Of a DNA stretch of 64,000 bases, positions 19,251 through 28,101 are shown one piece after another. The stretch comes from Candidatus Blackburnbacteria bacterium RIFCSPHIGHO2_12_FULL_44_25 (GTDB lineage Bacteria; Patescibacteriota; Microgenomatia; UBA8517; UBA10165). The position numbers were made by a program, and so were the translations under genes. Each line of letters begins with the position of its first letter. Position 1 is the stretch's first letter. The stretch covers positions 7,965 to 71,964 of the forward strand of contig MHCB01000038.1 of NCBI GenBank assembly GCA_001816455.1, read 5' to 3'. The notes beneath the pieces are model-generated. The model had not been told where the DNA came from, searched no databases, and saw only the letters and a list, made by a program, of their open reading frames with translations.

Positions 19251-19763
19251 TTAGAGTTGGGGTAAGGTTATCGTGTCGCCTACTTTTATACCGCGTTTAT
19301 TGGCAACCCCTGCTGGAATTTCTAAGACATAATCAACTTTAGCCCGGGGAGCGTATTTGGGGATTTGAGGGTCAGGGGTGTTATCTGGGATAGTAGGAAC
19401 ATTGCTTGTGATCTCTGAGACAACGTTGTCGTTAATCCAGATAATATCTATTGGAAACTTCATTCCTTTCATCCAAAAAGCTGGCTGCTCGTCTTTCTTT
19501 TCGAGAACAAACAGCATTCCCGAGTCCTCCGGAAGAGATTCGCGGCCGGATAGGCCGGTTTTTCTTGCTTGCTCGGTTTGAGCTACTTCCACTTTAAATT
19601 GGGAACTTCCTACTGTAAGTGTTTTTTGTGTCAGCGTTGGGGTGTTTGCAGTAGGGAGACCGGTTCTTGCGAAGAAAGCTTCAAGGTTTCCGGGTTTTGA
19701 AGACCAGTATGCTAAAAACATTACTCCGACAAGGAGTCCTAGTAAGGCTAAAAATTGTTTCAT
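19251..19763 (-). CDS. DUF192 domain protein (secreted/membrane-anchored)
   Basis: …MLFVLEKKDEQPAFWMKGMKFPIDIIWI… DUF192 signature with an N-terminal signal/TM. Confidence 0.7.
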   Translation of the reverse strand: MKQFLALLGLLVGVMFLAYWSSKPGNLEAFFARTGLPTANTPTLTQKTLTVGSSQFKVEVAQTEQARKTGLSGRESLPEDSGMLFVLEKKDEQPAFWMKGMKFPIDIIWINDNVVSEITSNVPTIPDNTPDPQIPKYAPRAKVDYVLEIPAGVANKRGIKVGDTITLPQL

Positions 19764-19789
19764 ATAACTAATTACTGATGACTGGTAAC

Positions 19790-19975
19790 TTACTTCTCAT
19801 TGTATACGGATGTCGACGCTCCTTGGACTTTTTCACCGGGCAAGTATAGGTCGAGCCAGGCCAGTGCTAGGGCAAAAACTAGGGTGGGAATTAGTAAAAA
19901 CAGGACAGAATGATGGTGCCTTTTACGGTGAGGTTTAAGATGGATATGGATGGGCATAGTTAGCAAAATTCGCAA
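19790..19975 (-). CDS. small His-rich membrane peptide
   Basis: 61 aa, MPIHIHLKPHRKRHHH followed by one TM. Confidence 0.3.
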   Translation of the reverse strand: MRILLTMPIHIHLKPHRKRHHHSVLFLLIPTLVFALALAWLDLYLPGEKVQGASTSVYNEK

Positions 19976-20109
19976 GATTTATTCTTCTTGCCTTTGCTGC
20001 AACAATCTTTGCAACAATAATAGTTGCCAATTTTTGTATACTCTTTCCCCTTGATTACCTTACCACAGTTATAGCACCGAACAGTCTTTTTACTGGCAGC
20101 TTTGGGCAT
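19960..20109 (-). CDS. small Cys-rich zinc-ribbon-like protein (TRASH/YHS-like spacing)
   Basis: MPKAASKKTVRCYNCGKVIKGKEYTKIGNYYCCKDCCSKGKKNKSCEFC. The longer ORF-track version overlaps the LAGLIDADG gene, so the internal start was chosen. Confidence 0.35.
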   Translation of the reverse strand: MPKAASKKTVRCYNCGKVIKGKEYTKIGNYYCCKDCCSKGKKNKSCEFC

Positions 20110-20213
20110 TTGGTCAAATGTAGTGTAGCGATTTGTGGATTGTGGTGTCAATGAGTAGTCGTGGTGGTTATGCCGTGGGTTGACTTTCGGTATAGATTCG
20201 GTACAGTTTATTT

Positions 20214-20843
20214 GTGGAGATGGAATGGTGTGCGAATTTGGCGTATGCGATTGGATTGATTGCTGCTGACGGTTGTTTATCAAATGATGGTAGGCATATA
20301 GAATTGACCTCGAAAGATAAGGAGCAAATACAGACCTTTTCTCGTGCGCTTGGTCTTAAAAATAGTATTGGTTTAAAGAAGAGTGGGTACAACCTATTAG
20401 GGAATTACTTTAGGATTCAGTTCGGAAATGTGAAGTTCTATCGTTTTTTGCTCGAAATTGGTTTGTTTCCTAATAAATCTAAGACTTTGGGTCCTCTGAA
20501 GATTCCACCTCTTTATTTTGCCGATTTCTTGAGGGGGTATTTAGATGGAGACGGAAACATTTCTGTTGCCAAACACCCTCAAAGTAGGTTGCCCCAACTT
20601 CGTGTGAGATTTTCTTCTGCTTCTCTTCTGTATTTGGAATGGCTTAGGAGTTGTGTGAAGAAGTCTTTTGATTTAAAGGGTGGTTTTATTGACAACGGTA
20701 TTTCAAAGTCGAGAGCTTATTATCTGGTTTTTTCGAAGGCGGACTCTGTAAAACTTTTGAGGGGTATGTATTATCGCGGTGTGGATACTTATTTGTCGAG
20801 GAAGTATAATGTTGCTCTGGGGTTTTTCTCGGGCGAGTGGTGA
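20214..20843 (+). CDS. LAGLIDADG family homing endonuclease (free-standing, double-motif)
   Basis: Two LAGLIDADG motifs ([14 protein letters not shown] and [12 protein letters not shown]), low GC. The 3' end overlaps the first 13 nt of tRNA-Leu. Confidence 0.75.
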   Translation: MEMEWCANLAYAIGLIAADGCLSNDGRHIELTSKDKEQIQTFSRALGLKNSIGLKKSGYNLLGNYFRIQFGNVKFYRFLLEIGLFPNKSKTLGPLKIPPLYFADFLRGYLDGDGNISVAKHPQSRLPQLRVRFSSASLLYLEWLRSCVKKSFDLKGGFIDNGISKSRAYYLVFSKADSVKLLRGMYYRGVDTYLSRKYNVALGFFSGEW

Positions 20844-20912
20844 AATTGGCAGACACGTACGCTTTAGGAGCGTATGGGGAAACCCTTGGAGGTTCGAGTC
20901 CTCTCTCGCCCA
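20831..20912 (+). tRNA. tRNA-Leu(TAG)
   Basis: Type II tRNA GGGCGAG-TG-…-TACGC-TTTAGGA-GCGTA-long variable arm-GGAGGTTCGAGTCCTCT-CTCGCCC-A. No encoded CCA. Confidence 0.8.
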
Positions 20913-21001
20913 CAACAAAAAGCGCCCCTTGCGGAGCGCTCTTTGTATACCCGATAAATCGGGATATGCGGTCGCGTCGGATCTTTAGAATCTGACGGAC
21001 C

Positions 21002-21027
21002 AAAAACCCCAAAGTCTATGGGGGTTT
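21002..21027 (-). terminator. weak rho-independent terminator for the 21141-21743 gene
   Basis: Minus strand AAACCCCCATAGACTTTGGGGTTTTT. Confidence 0.3.
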
Positions 21028-21140
21028 AGGCCACAAACCTCAGGATCTAGTGCGCATTATACCATATAAAATGCGAAGTGTCAAGAGTTATGAGATAGGG
21101 CTATTTGTGGATAAGTAGGTTTGGTGTGTTGGTTATGAGG

Positions 21141-21743
21141 TTATTCCATTTCACTCAAGAATTGGGTTACGCCGGCAGCCCATGTGCCAGGAGAAGACGG
21201 AGTGTACTTCCTCATTATTTCTTCCGGGGTTGTATACCCTTTGTTTAAGTAGTTCTCTTTTAGACCCTGAGAGACTGTTTCAATTGCTTCTGTGTAGTTT
21301 GAGAATCTTAGAGTTCCTCGGGCGTGTATCCCCCACCCCCAGCAGTTATAAGAATTTTCGGGAATTTTTTTGCAGAGATTTGACTCTTGTTGAGCTATTG
21401 CAACCAAGAGCCTAAAGTCGAGCTCGTTTTCTTCTGCTGCTTTAACGGCTTGTTCTGCGTAAGGAACTAGCGGGGAATCGTATTTTTCAAGATATTGTCT
21501 GATTATCTCTACTCTTGCGTCCCCTACAGTTGCAGCACCGGCGACTTTTCCTACTGGGTCGGGAATGGCGGCGTAAACTCTTGAGCCGTATCGAGGAGCC
21601 TGGACTTGGGTTGCTGTCTGCTCGATGTCTGCGAGAGGATCCAAGGGGGGTTTTGCAGAAACTACTTTTAAAGCAAAAACGCTTGTGAGAAGGGTTATTG
21701 GGGTGACTATGAAGAATGTCGCGAGATAAAGTAGGCTTCTCAT
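21141..21743 (-). CDS. hypothetical secreted protein (possible lysozyme/transglycosylase-like fold)
   Basis: N-terminal signal/TM, …RLLVAIAQQESNL… motif; 200 aa. Confidence 0.45.
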   Translation of the reverse strand: MRSLLYLATFFIVTPITLLTSVFALKVVSAKPPLDPLADIEQTATQVQAPRYGSRVYAAIPDPVGKVAGAATVGDARVEIIRQYLEKYDSPLVPYAEQAVKAAEENELDFRLLVAIAQQESNLCKKIPENSYNCWGWGIHARGTLRFSNYTEAIETVSQGLKENYLNKGYTTPEEIMRKYTPSSPGTWAAGVTQFLSEME

Positions 21744-21817
21744 TGGCAGATCCTGCCTGCCGGCCGGCAGGTGTTGCTATCAGAATGCCAAGTGAAACTC
21801 TTTATGTCAAATTTTTG

Positions 21818-21891
21818 CGCCCCCGGCAGGAGTTGAACCCGCAACCTCATCGTCCGAAGCGATGCGCTCTGTCCAGTTGAGCTACAGGGGC
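21818..21891 (-). tRNA. tRNA-Arg(TCG)
   Basis: GCCCCTG-TA-GCTCAACTGGACAGAGC-G-CATCG-CTTCGGA-CGATG-AGGTT-GCGGGTTCAACTCCTGC-CGGGGGC-G. No CCA. Confidence 0.8.
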
Positions 21892-21892
21892 G

Positions 21893-21967
21893 TGGTGGAT
21901 CGCCAGGGACTCGAACCCTGAACAGCCGCCTTAAGAGGGCGGTGCTCTACCATTGAGCTAGCGATCC
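21893..21967 (-). tRNA. tRNA-Lys(CTT)
   Basis: GGATCGC-TA-GCTCAATGGTAGAGC-A-CCGCC-CTCTTAA-GGCGG-CTGTT-CAGGGTTCGAGTCCCTG-GCGATCC-A-CCA. It is 1 nt from tRNA-Arg. Confidence 0.85.
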
Positions 21968-22008
21968 AATTGAGGCTTTTGGCCTATCCGGCTACAATTA
22001 TACCAAAT

Positions 22009-23157
22009 ATGGATAATACCGAAAAACAAATCGAAGCTATTCAAGAGGAAATGCGCAAGACCCCGTACCATAAAGGTACTCAAAAGTGGTTTGGGAAAAT
22101 GCGGGCAAAGATAGCAAGGTTGAGAGACCAGATTCTCTGGCGTCCGTTTTTGGCAAGGCAAGGTGGGGGTGGTTTTTCCGTTCGTAAGTTTGGGGATAGT
22201 TCTGTTGTTTTAGTTGGTTTGCCTTCTGTTGGTAAATCCACTCTTCTTAATGCGCTGACTAATGCCAAATCCCCTACTGCAGAATATGCTTTTACTACGG
22301 TTTCTGTGATTCCTGGGATGATGAATTTCAATGGAGCACAAATTCAGATTTTGGACGTTCCCGGACTTATCGAAGGGGCTTCCAGAGGAGCAGGGCGTGG
22401 TCGGGAGGTTTTGTCGGTTGTACGAGGAGCTGACCTTCTTTTGATCATTGGTGAGCGTGGGAAAGAAGAGAATCAGTTTATGCAAATTGACCGTGAACTT
22501 TTAACAAACGGTGTTCGAATAAATCAGGAACCGCCAGAGGTTGCTGTTAAAAAGCTGCTTCGCGGGGGTATAAAGATAAATTCTACTTTTAAGCAAGAAA
22601 TTGACCGCGAGACGATTCGGGAGGTTGCAAAGGAGTTTGGGATTATAAATGCGGAGATTACTATTCGCGAGAAATTGACCCTTGATCGATTGATTGATGT
22701 GTTTGCCACGAGTCGTGTTTATGTGCCGGCTTTGTATGTTATTAATAAGGTGGATAAGCTGAATTTTGGTGGTACCCCTGAGGTGCGGGTACAATTTCAC
22801 TTCGGGAGTGAAGCAGGTACGACACCTCGGGAGGTTGTAAGGATCAGTGCGGAACGAGGGTTGGGGTTGGAGAGTTTGAGAGAGAAAATGTGGGAGGTGT
22901 TGGGGTTGGTAAGGGTTTATCTTCGTGATCCGAGAGGCCACCCCCGCAGTCATAGCGTGTTCGGTGGACGCTTGGACTTAGAGCAGGTGATAGTTCATAC
23001 GGAGGAAACGTTGGGTGGGGTTTTGGGAAAGTTGGGCCCCGATGCTTCTATTGGAAAAACTGAGGCGCGAATTTGGGGACCTGGGGCAAGATTCCCCGGG
23101 CAAATTGTTTCTTTGGGGACAAAGGTACAAGACAGGATGGAGGTAACTTTCGTTTAG
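22009..23157 (+). CDS. DRG/Obg-HflX-like GTPase with a C-terminal TGS domain
   Basis: G1 GLPSVGKSTLLNALT, G3 DVPGLIEGA, a TGS-like C-terminus (…LVRVYLRDPRG…). Start at MDNTEKQ. Confidence 0.75.
   Translation: MDNTEKQIEAIQEEMRKTPYHKGTQKWFGKMRAKIARLRDQILWRPFLARQGGGGFSVRKFGDSSVVLVGLPSVGKSTLLNALTNAKSPTAEYAFTTVSVIPGMMNFNGAQIQILDVPGLIEGASRGAGRGREVLSVVRGADLLLIIGERGKEENQFMQIDRELLTNGVRINQEPPEVAVKKLLRGGIKINSTFKQEIDRETIREVAKEFGIINAEITIREKLTLDRLIDVFATSRVYVPALYVINKVDKLNFGGTPEVRVQFHFGSEAGTTPREVVRISAERGLGLESLREKMWEVLGLVRVYLRDPRGHPRSHSVFGGRLDLEQVIVHTEETLGGVLGKLGPDASIGKTEARIWGPGARFPGQIVSLGTKVQDRMEVTFV
22771..22835. repeat. composite hairpin mini-element (GTACCC…GGGTAC, CACTTCGGGAGTG, ACCTCGGGAGGT) inside the DRG GTPase ORF, in frame
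   Basis: Three consecutive palindromes, including the REP-A 13-mer, encode …GGTPEVRVQFHFGSEAGTTPREVV… without breaking the reading frame. Confidence 0.5.
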
Positions 23158-23254
23158 GTAAGGCATTGGACGTTAGACATTGGAGGTTAGAAGTTGGATC
23201 GTTGGGGTGTGAACTTGTGGTTCAGGGACCCCAACGTGGGCGGGCGGGCGGCAG

Positions 23255-23941
23255 TTAGGTTGTGGGGGCGGCGGATAGGAGTGCCATTGAGTACAGGCAC
23301 TCATATCCCACTTCCAAGTAGGGATAGCAGCCCTCGACAAGGTCGTGGTCGCCTAGGAGTTTGGTGACCCTTATTTTGCAGACTCTGGTATCGACTTCGT
23401 CGACCACTCTGCATACAGCGTGGATTGTTCCACACATGACCTTCCTGTAGAGAACAACGGTTTGGCCGATGGTGGGGAGCGGGCGTAGATATGTTAAGGA
23501 AACGCTCCTGGATTGACCTGTTAGTACAGCATACTTCCCACTTCCGGCGTTTTCCAGAAAGATTATCTCGGCGCTGTCCTCGGCAAGACTGGTTATTCGT
23601 GCTCTGGCTTCTATGCCGGCGTAGGGGTTGTGGTAGGTGGCTTGGCCCCATGCGGCGAGCTGTTCGCGCTGTTTTTGTCTCGTACGACGCTTTTCTTCAA
23701 CGGCGTTGACGATGTCAGGGTGTTCGGCTCTGAGCTGGTCCCAGACGGCTTTCAGGCCTGCCAGCGTTTTTCGGTGCCAACGGCGTCTTTTCCATCCTTC
23801 AAACCGCGAGTCGACGAGCTCTTGTATGTCAGCCTCGGTTGTGTCAGGAAATTTGCCGAACCTGCCGCGGGTTACGGCGAGGAGACGTTCACGGCGACGG
23901 CTACGCACGACGGCTTCACGGTCATCGGCTGTGTATTCCAT
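23255..23941 (-). CDS. hypothetical protein (GC-rich island)
   Basis: About 228 aa, high GC, start at MEYTADDRE. Confidence 0.45.
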   Translation of the reverse strand: MEYTADDREAVVRSRRRERLLAVTRGRFGKFPDTTEADIQELVDSRFEGWKRRRWHRKTLAGLKAVWDQLRAEHPDIVNAVEEKRRTRQKQREQLAAWGQATYHNPYAGIEARARITSLAEDSAEIIFLENAGSGKYAVLTGQSRSVSLTYLRPLPTIGQTVVLYRKVMCGTIHAVCRVVDEVDTRVCKIRVTKLLGDHDLVEGCYPYLEVGYECLYSMALLSAAPTT

Positions 23942-23972
23942 TTTTCTCCTCCACATGAGAATGAGCAGCTTG

Positions 23973-23993
23973 TGACAGGGTGGAACCCTGTCA
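23973..23993. repeat. REP-B palindrome TGACAGGGTGGAACCCTGTCA
   Basis: 9-bp arms with a 3-nt loop. One of six copies in the window. Confidence 0.7.
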
Positions 23994-24061
23994 ATGTTAA
24001 GGTGTGCGTGGGCATTGGGCTCACGACTTAGGGGGATTTTACAGCGTTTTGTTGTCTGGAG

Positions 24062-24454
24062 TCAAACTATGGGTTTGTTGGGGAAGGTGTGTGAGGGTTT
24101 TTCGAAGGTGTCGCGGTGAAAGTTCTTTTGCGAGTCTTTTTGTGTGTAGACGAGGCGTCTTTGAGGAAAAGACAGTCCTTGTAACATTCCGCCAATCATT
24201 AGTCCTTTGAAGAGTGTTGAATCAATCAAACCACCTGATACATAGATTGATATTAAAAGAAGAAGGGTGCAGTTGAACCAGTGATGGAGGTGGATTACTC
24301 TCCCTCTGGCAAATAATCTTATTGCCGGGGACAGCTGCAGTCTTTTTGTGATTTTTATTTCCGGGATCTTATAAGAGAATTTCGAGTGAGGGTGGCTTAG
24401 ATAGTAGAAAGCAGCGTAGCCCGAGATGATGGCAGGGATCAAGGTGAAGTTCAT
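24062..24454 (-). CDS. hypothetical membrane protein
   Basis: 130 aa, multiple hydrophobic segments, lower GC than its neighbours. Confidence 0.4.
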   Translation of the reverse strand: MNFTLIPAIISGYAAFYYLSHPHSKFSYKIPEIKITKRLQLSPAIRLFARGRVIHLHHWFNCTLLLLISIYVSGGLIDSTLFKGLMIGGMLQGLSFPQRRLVYTQKDSQKNFHRDTFEKPSHTFPNKPIV

Positions 24455-24546
24455 TTGAAGGGAGTCAGCACAGTTAGGTTAATTATTCAGGAGCAATGTT
24501 GGAATGTCAAATGACCTAGTGGTAGTGGGTGGTATACTTATTAAGT

Positions 24547-25059
24547 ATGGCGGTAATACTTGACGGTGAAGAAAAAATAACTGCTAGGGCGCATGCAGAT
24601 TTGGAGGGAGATACGATTTCCGGAACTGCGGATTTTGAGGAACTTCAAATTGGCACCCAGACTTTGGTTCGTATAACTGTTGAGCTTTCTGGTGATCCGG
24701 AAAAACTTGTCCCGGGACTTCATGCTGTTCATATTCATGAGAAGGCAAGTTGTGAAGGGGGTTTTAAGTGCGCTGGGGGACATTTTGACCCGGGGCCTGC
24801 GGGGAATACGGACCCGGACGCGAACCATCCTTACCATGCTGGTGATTTGCCGAATATAGAAATCGGAGAGGATGGTAAGGGAAAATTACAGTGTGTTACG
24901 ACTCGTGTAACCCTTTCTCCGGGGCCTCTTTCCATATTGGAAGGTGAGGGCACTTCTCTCATGATTCATGGCAATCCGGACCCTTATCGTGGCGGACCTA
25001 CGGGTTCGGGGATTTCTGGCGGGCCAAGGGTTGCTTGTGGGGTGGTTAAAGTGGTGTGA
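24547..25059 (+). CDS. sodC: Cu/Zn superoxide dismutase
   Basis: …HAVHIHEKASCEGGFKCAGGHFDPG…HAGDLPN…RVACGVV… with metal-ligand His residues and a disulfide Cys. No obvious signal peptide. The TGA stop lies inside the REP-B copy at 25057. Confidence 0.8.
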   Translation: MAVILDGEEKITARAHADLEGDTISGTADFEELQIGTQTLVRITVELSGDPEKLVPGLHAVHIHEKASCEGGFKCAGGHFDPGPAGNTDPDANHPYHAGDLPNIEIGEDGKGKLQCVTTRVTLSPGPLSILEGEGTSLMIHGNPDPYRGGPTGSGISGGPRVACGVVKVV

Positions 25060-25077
25060 CAGGGTTCCACCCTGTCA
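25057..25077. repeat. REP-B palindrome TGACAGGGTTCCACCCTGTCA
   Basis: Identical arms to the other copies; provides the sodC stop codon. Confidence 0.7.
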
Positions 25078-25164
25078 AGGAGAATTGAACGACCGCCTGG
25101 TGCACGAAATGTGCTTGTCCCCGTTTAGGGACCCAGGCGGTCTTGTTGGTTGGTTTGGGCAGTG

Positions 25165-26280
25165 CTAGCTGGTTGAGGCGGCAGCCTCGCGGGCGCGGCG
25201 CTGTTGAGTGCGGACAGTGTGGCAGCGACCAAGGCCCACCTTGTAGAGGGGGCAAGGATCTCGCTGTGTTGAGCTGCACTCGCCTTCTTGGCACCACCGT
25301 TGGCGCTGAGCGTCAAAGACCCGTGGGTTCAGTGACACCATGAGGATCTCAAGGATGTCATGGAGTCCAAGCTTGGTTGGCGGCATGTTCCGAGCGGTAA
25401 GGCTCCCGTTGAGTAGCATCCCGCCATTCGGTTGGTAATACCACTCTTCGGAATGCTCGAGAACTCCCTCCCGACTCAGATCTTTCCATGGCAGATCTCC
25501 GAAAAGCTCCTTGGCTTCCATCTCGCGGATTCGGACCATGTGGACCGTATCGCGCATGGAGCTGCCTGAGGATTGGTTCGGAAGAATTTGTATGTGGCCG
25601 GATGTCTGCTGTTGAACGACGATGTCAGCCTTGTCGCCATACTTAGATCTGGCGTAGCCTAGGACCTGCTTGTTGTTTGAGCGAATCAGGACCACAGTGT
25701 AGACGCGGTTGCTGGGCCCAGGAATTTGTACGACCAACTTGTTCCGGTCGTAGTGCTCCTTGAGTTGGAAAAACCCTTCCTGGTTTTTGATGTATCCGCG
25801 GATGATGGCATCGACCCAGGAACGGACGGTTTCCGGATGATCAGGGTAAGCCAGGTGCATTTGCTTCACAAGTGAAGCAAGATCAAAGGTTCCTGCCTCG
25901 ACCTTTTCGCCGTCCAACATAGTCTCTTCGCCGAGGTCTCGTGCCTTTGTGAAGGCTAAGAGTCTTCCGAGCTCGGGCCTATCTGCGATTCCGAGGTCTT
26001 TGGCAATTAGCGTAGCGGCGCATTCGTTGAGCTTCCTTGCTTGGTCGCCGTTTGCGTGCTCGTCGAACTTGCCTCCCCAGATTCCAACGGCCAATACACC
26101 GCGTGCTTCCCACTCTTCGGCTGAAGTGCCATCGGGCGAGTTGCGGCCTGCGTCGTAGTACACGACTTTGGCGTTTTCAATGCCGGGATACTTCTGGCGT
26201 CCATAGCGCTGCAGTAAATAGATGCCAACATACTCGTCCAGATGTGGGTTGCGGTGCGTGGCGATTTGGTTAATCCGCAT
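25165..26280 (-). CDS. hypothetical protein, possibly UPF0160/MYG1-like metal-dependent hydrolase
   Basis: The N-terminal IATHRNPHLDEY resembles the MYG1 [IG]THxGxFHxDE motif; 371 aa; GC-rich. Confidence 0.35.
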   Translation of the reverse strand: MRINQIATHRNPHLDEYVGIYLLQRYGRQKYPGIENAKVVYYDAGRNSPDGTSAEEWEARGVLAVGIWGGKFDEHANGDQARKLNECAATLIAKDLGIADRPELGRLLAFTKARDLGEETMLDGEKVEAGTFDLASLVKQMHLAYPDHPETVRSWVDAIIRGYIKNQEGFFQLKEHYDRNKLVVQIPGPSNRVYTVVLIRSNNKQVLGYARSKYGDKADIVVQQQTSGHIQILPNQSSGSSMRDTVHMVRIREMEAKELFGDLPWKDLSREGVLEHSEEWYYQPNGGMLLNGSLTARNMPPTKLGLHDILEILMVSLNPRVFDAQRQRWCQEGECSSTQRDPCPLYKVGLGRCHTVRTQQRRAREAAASTS

Positions 26281-26344
26281 GGTGTTCCTCCTTTAAGGAA
26301 CCAGCTAGTAGGTATTGAGATTGCTCATCAATACCAGATTTAAA

Positions 26345-26478
26345 GTGCTGATTCAGCCGAAAGTCTTTCAGCTGACTCTTGGAACTTGCGAACAATTCGT
26401 AAGCTTCAAGAGTGTGTGCCAGCCGAGTGCCCTAGTTTCGCGTTGTTGTAACGCAATTTCAGGCACCCGGACTGGGTG
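26345..26478. repeat. about 135-bp upstream element, copy 1 (direct repeat of 27179-27318)
   Basis: About 90% identical to copy 2 by eye. It lies immediately 5' of the 25165-26280 gene on the minus strand. It contains near-palindromes AAGCTTACGAATTGTTCGCAAGTT and GAAAGTCTTTC. Confidence 0.7.
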
Positions 26479-26482
26479 AGAA

Positions 26483-27139
26483 TCAGTAGATTGGGCGACG
26501 CTTGCCGTAGAGATCTTGGTGGGTTTCTAGATCCTCGATCCATTCGCGAGTGCGCACGCGTCGTTCTCTGTCCCACTGCCGCTGGGTTGTTGGCGTGACT
26601 ACACACTCGATTATGCCGTTGACGGCCAGGAGGGTGAAGGTGCCACGCGGCGTCTTGAGCGTAAAGGTGTCGAGGTGTACCTCCTCTTCGTTGTGTCTAC
26701 CCATGGACACGATTTCGCGTGTCCCCATGAGTAGTTCGACGGGTGTATTGAAATCTGCCAGATAAGGAGAAAGTCCGTCGTAGTTCGCTCGGTGGAACTC
26801 CACGTCCCGTTCGACGACTTCGGTCATTCCCCCAAGCCCTACGTATGCAAGTGTGTATGCTTCTTGTATTGCGTGGGTGATGTCCCCGCGGATGATTTGG
26901 AGGAGTTCACGTTTTGACCGCGCCATATGTATTGGCGTTGACGATCTTTCCGCGAACTCTGCCGACCAGGGGATGCCCTGTGTGTCGTGCCAGATTTCTG
27001 TCTCGTCATCCCGGCGGATTTGAACCCACCGTTCGATGTTAAGGTCACTCGCTGAGTAAAACCTTACGCAGGAGCAGGTACGACAGTGGGTAGGCTTGTG
27101 ATTGTCGCGAGAGCAGTCACACATTGCGCAGTAGTTCAT
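26483..27139 (-). CDS. hypothetical protein with an N-terminal Cys-rich segment
   Basis: 218 aa, MNYCAMCDCSRDNHKPTHCRTCSC…; GC-rich. Confidence 0.45.
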   Translation of the reverse strand: MNYCAMCDCSRDNHKPTHCRTCSCVRFYSASDLNIERWVQIRRDDETEIWHDTQGIPWSAEFAERSSTPIHMARSKRELLQIIRGDITHAIQEAYTLAYVGLGGMTEVVERDVEFHRANYDGLSPYLADFNTPVELLMGTREIVSMGRHNEEEVHLDTFTLKTPRGTFTLLAVNGIIECVVTPTTQRQWDRERRVRTREWIEDLETHQDLYGKRRPIY

Positions 27140-27178
27140 GACAAACCTCCTTTAGGGTCTAATTGATTCTGTTTTTAT

Positions 27179-27318
27179 GGTGCTGATTCAGCCGAAAGTC
27201 TTTCAGCTGACTCTTGGAACTTGCGAACAATTCGTAAGCTTCAAGAGTGTGTGCCAGCCGGGTGCTCTAATTTCGCGTTGTTATACGCAATTTGTATTAG
27301 GCACCCGGGCTGTTTGTG
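27179..27318. repeat. about 135-bp upstream element, copy 2
   Basis: Direct repeat of 26345-26478. It lies immediately 5' of the 26483-27139 gene. Confidence 0.7.
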
Positions 27319-27339
27319 GTTGTGCGGCCTATGTTTGTA

Positions 27340-27966
27340 CTAGTCTAGTATTGTTATTGTCCGCACCTCCATCTTGTTGTAGATCTGAGTGATCAGGTTG
27401 GTAACATCACCGGCGATTCTCAACGTGTCACTCCCACTTGTCCTCTTGGTGTGGAGGAGCAGATGGTCTGGCCTGACGCTTACTAGCGTAACATCGTTGA
27501 GCTTTGCGCACCCGGAGGCCAGACGGTCTGCGCGCAGGTCTTCGTTGCGGCCGGAGTGCAGTCTCAGTGGCTCACCGGTAACAACGTCTACGACCTGGAG
27601 AACTGCTTTCAACTCTGATGGACTGCAACCAAAAACACTGTTGACCTTGAAATAGACGTCGACTTGAGGGACGCTTACCTCCACCGCTTCTTGTGTGTCC
27701 TCTTGTTCTGTCGGGAACAAGTTTCTTATGTGCAAGAGTCCTATGCCGATCAACATAAGGTTCATGTTGCCGAGTACGTACGTGAGAGGTATGGTAGCCA
27801 ACCCGAAAATTCCCACGAGGCTAGCTACCGTACAGAAAAAGGCTCCGATCACGAACAAGCCCAGGCCGCAAATCACCAGTAGTAATTTCACCAATGCCAG
27901 TGCCATCTGTTTCTCCTTCTGTTGCTCTTTGGCAACGGTCTGGGCTCTTTTTTTTGAAAAACCCAC
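27340..27966 (-). CDS. hypothetical membrane protein
   Basis: 208 aa, two N-terminal TMs then a soluble domain. Confidence 0.45.
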   Translation of the reverse strand: MGFSKKRAQTVAKEQQKEKQMALALVKLLLVICGLGLFVIGAFFCTVASLVGIFGLATIPLTYVLGNMNLMLIGIGLLHIRNLFPTEQEDTQEAVEVSVPQVDVYFKVNSVFGCSPSELKAVLQVVDVVTGEPLRLHSGRNEDLRADRLASGCAKLNDVTLVSVRPDHLLLHTKRTSGSDTLRIAGDVTNLITQIYNKMEVRTITILD

Positions 27967-28101
27967 ATTGTTGCCTTTGAGCGTTAATTAAGGTGCAATC
28001 TATTTAAAAACACCAATTGCTTGCTGTTTTTAAGCGATTGCCGGGTACCGATCTTGTGCACGATGTGTGCGACGAAGACCGGCACCCGGTGGAAGGAAGA
28101 G

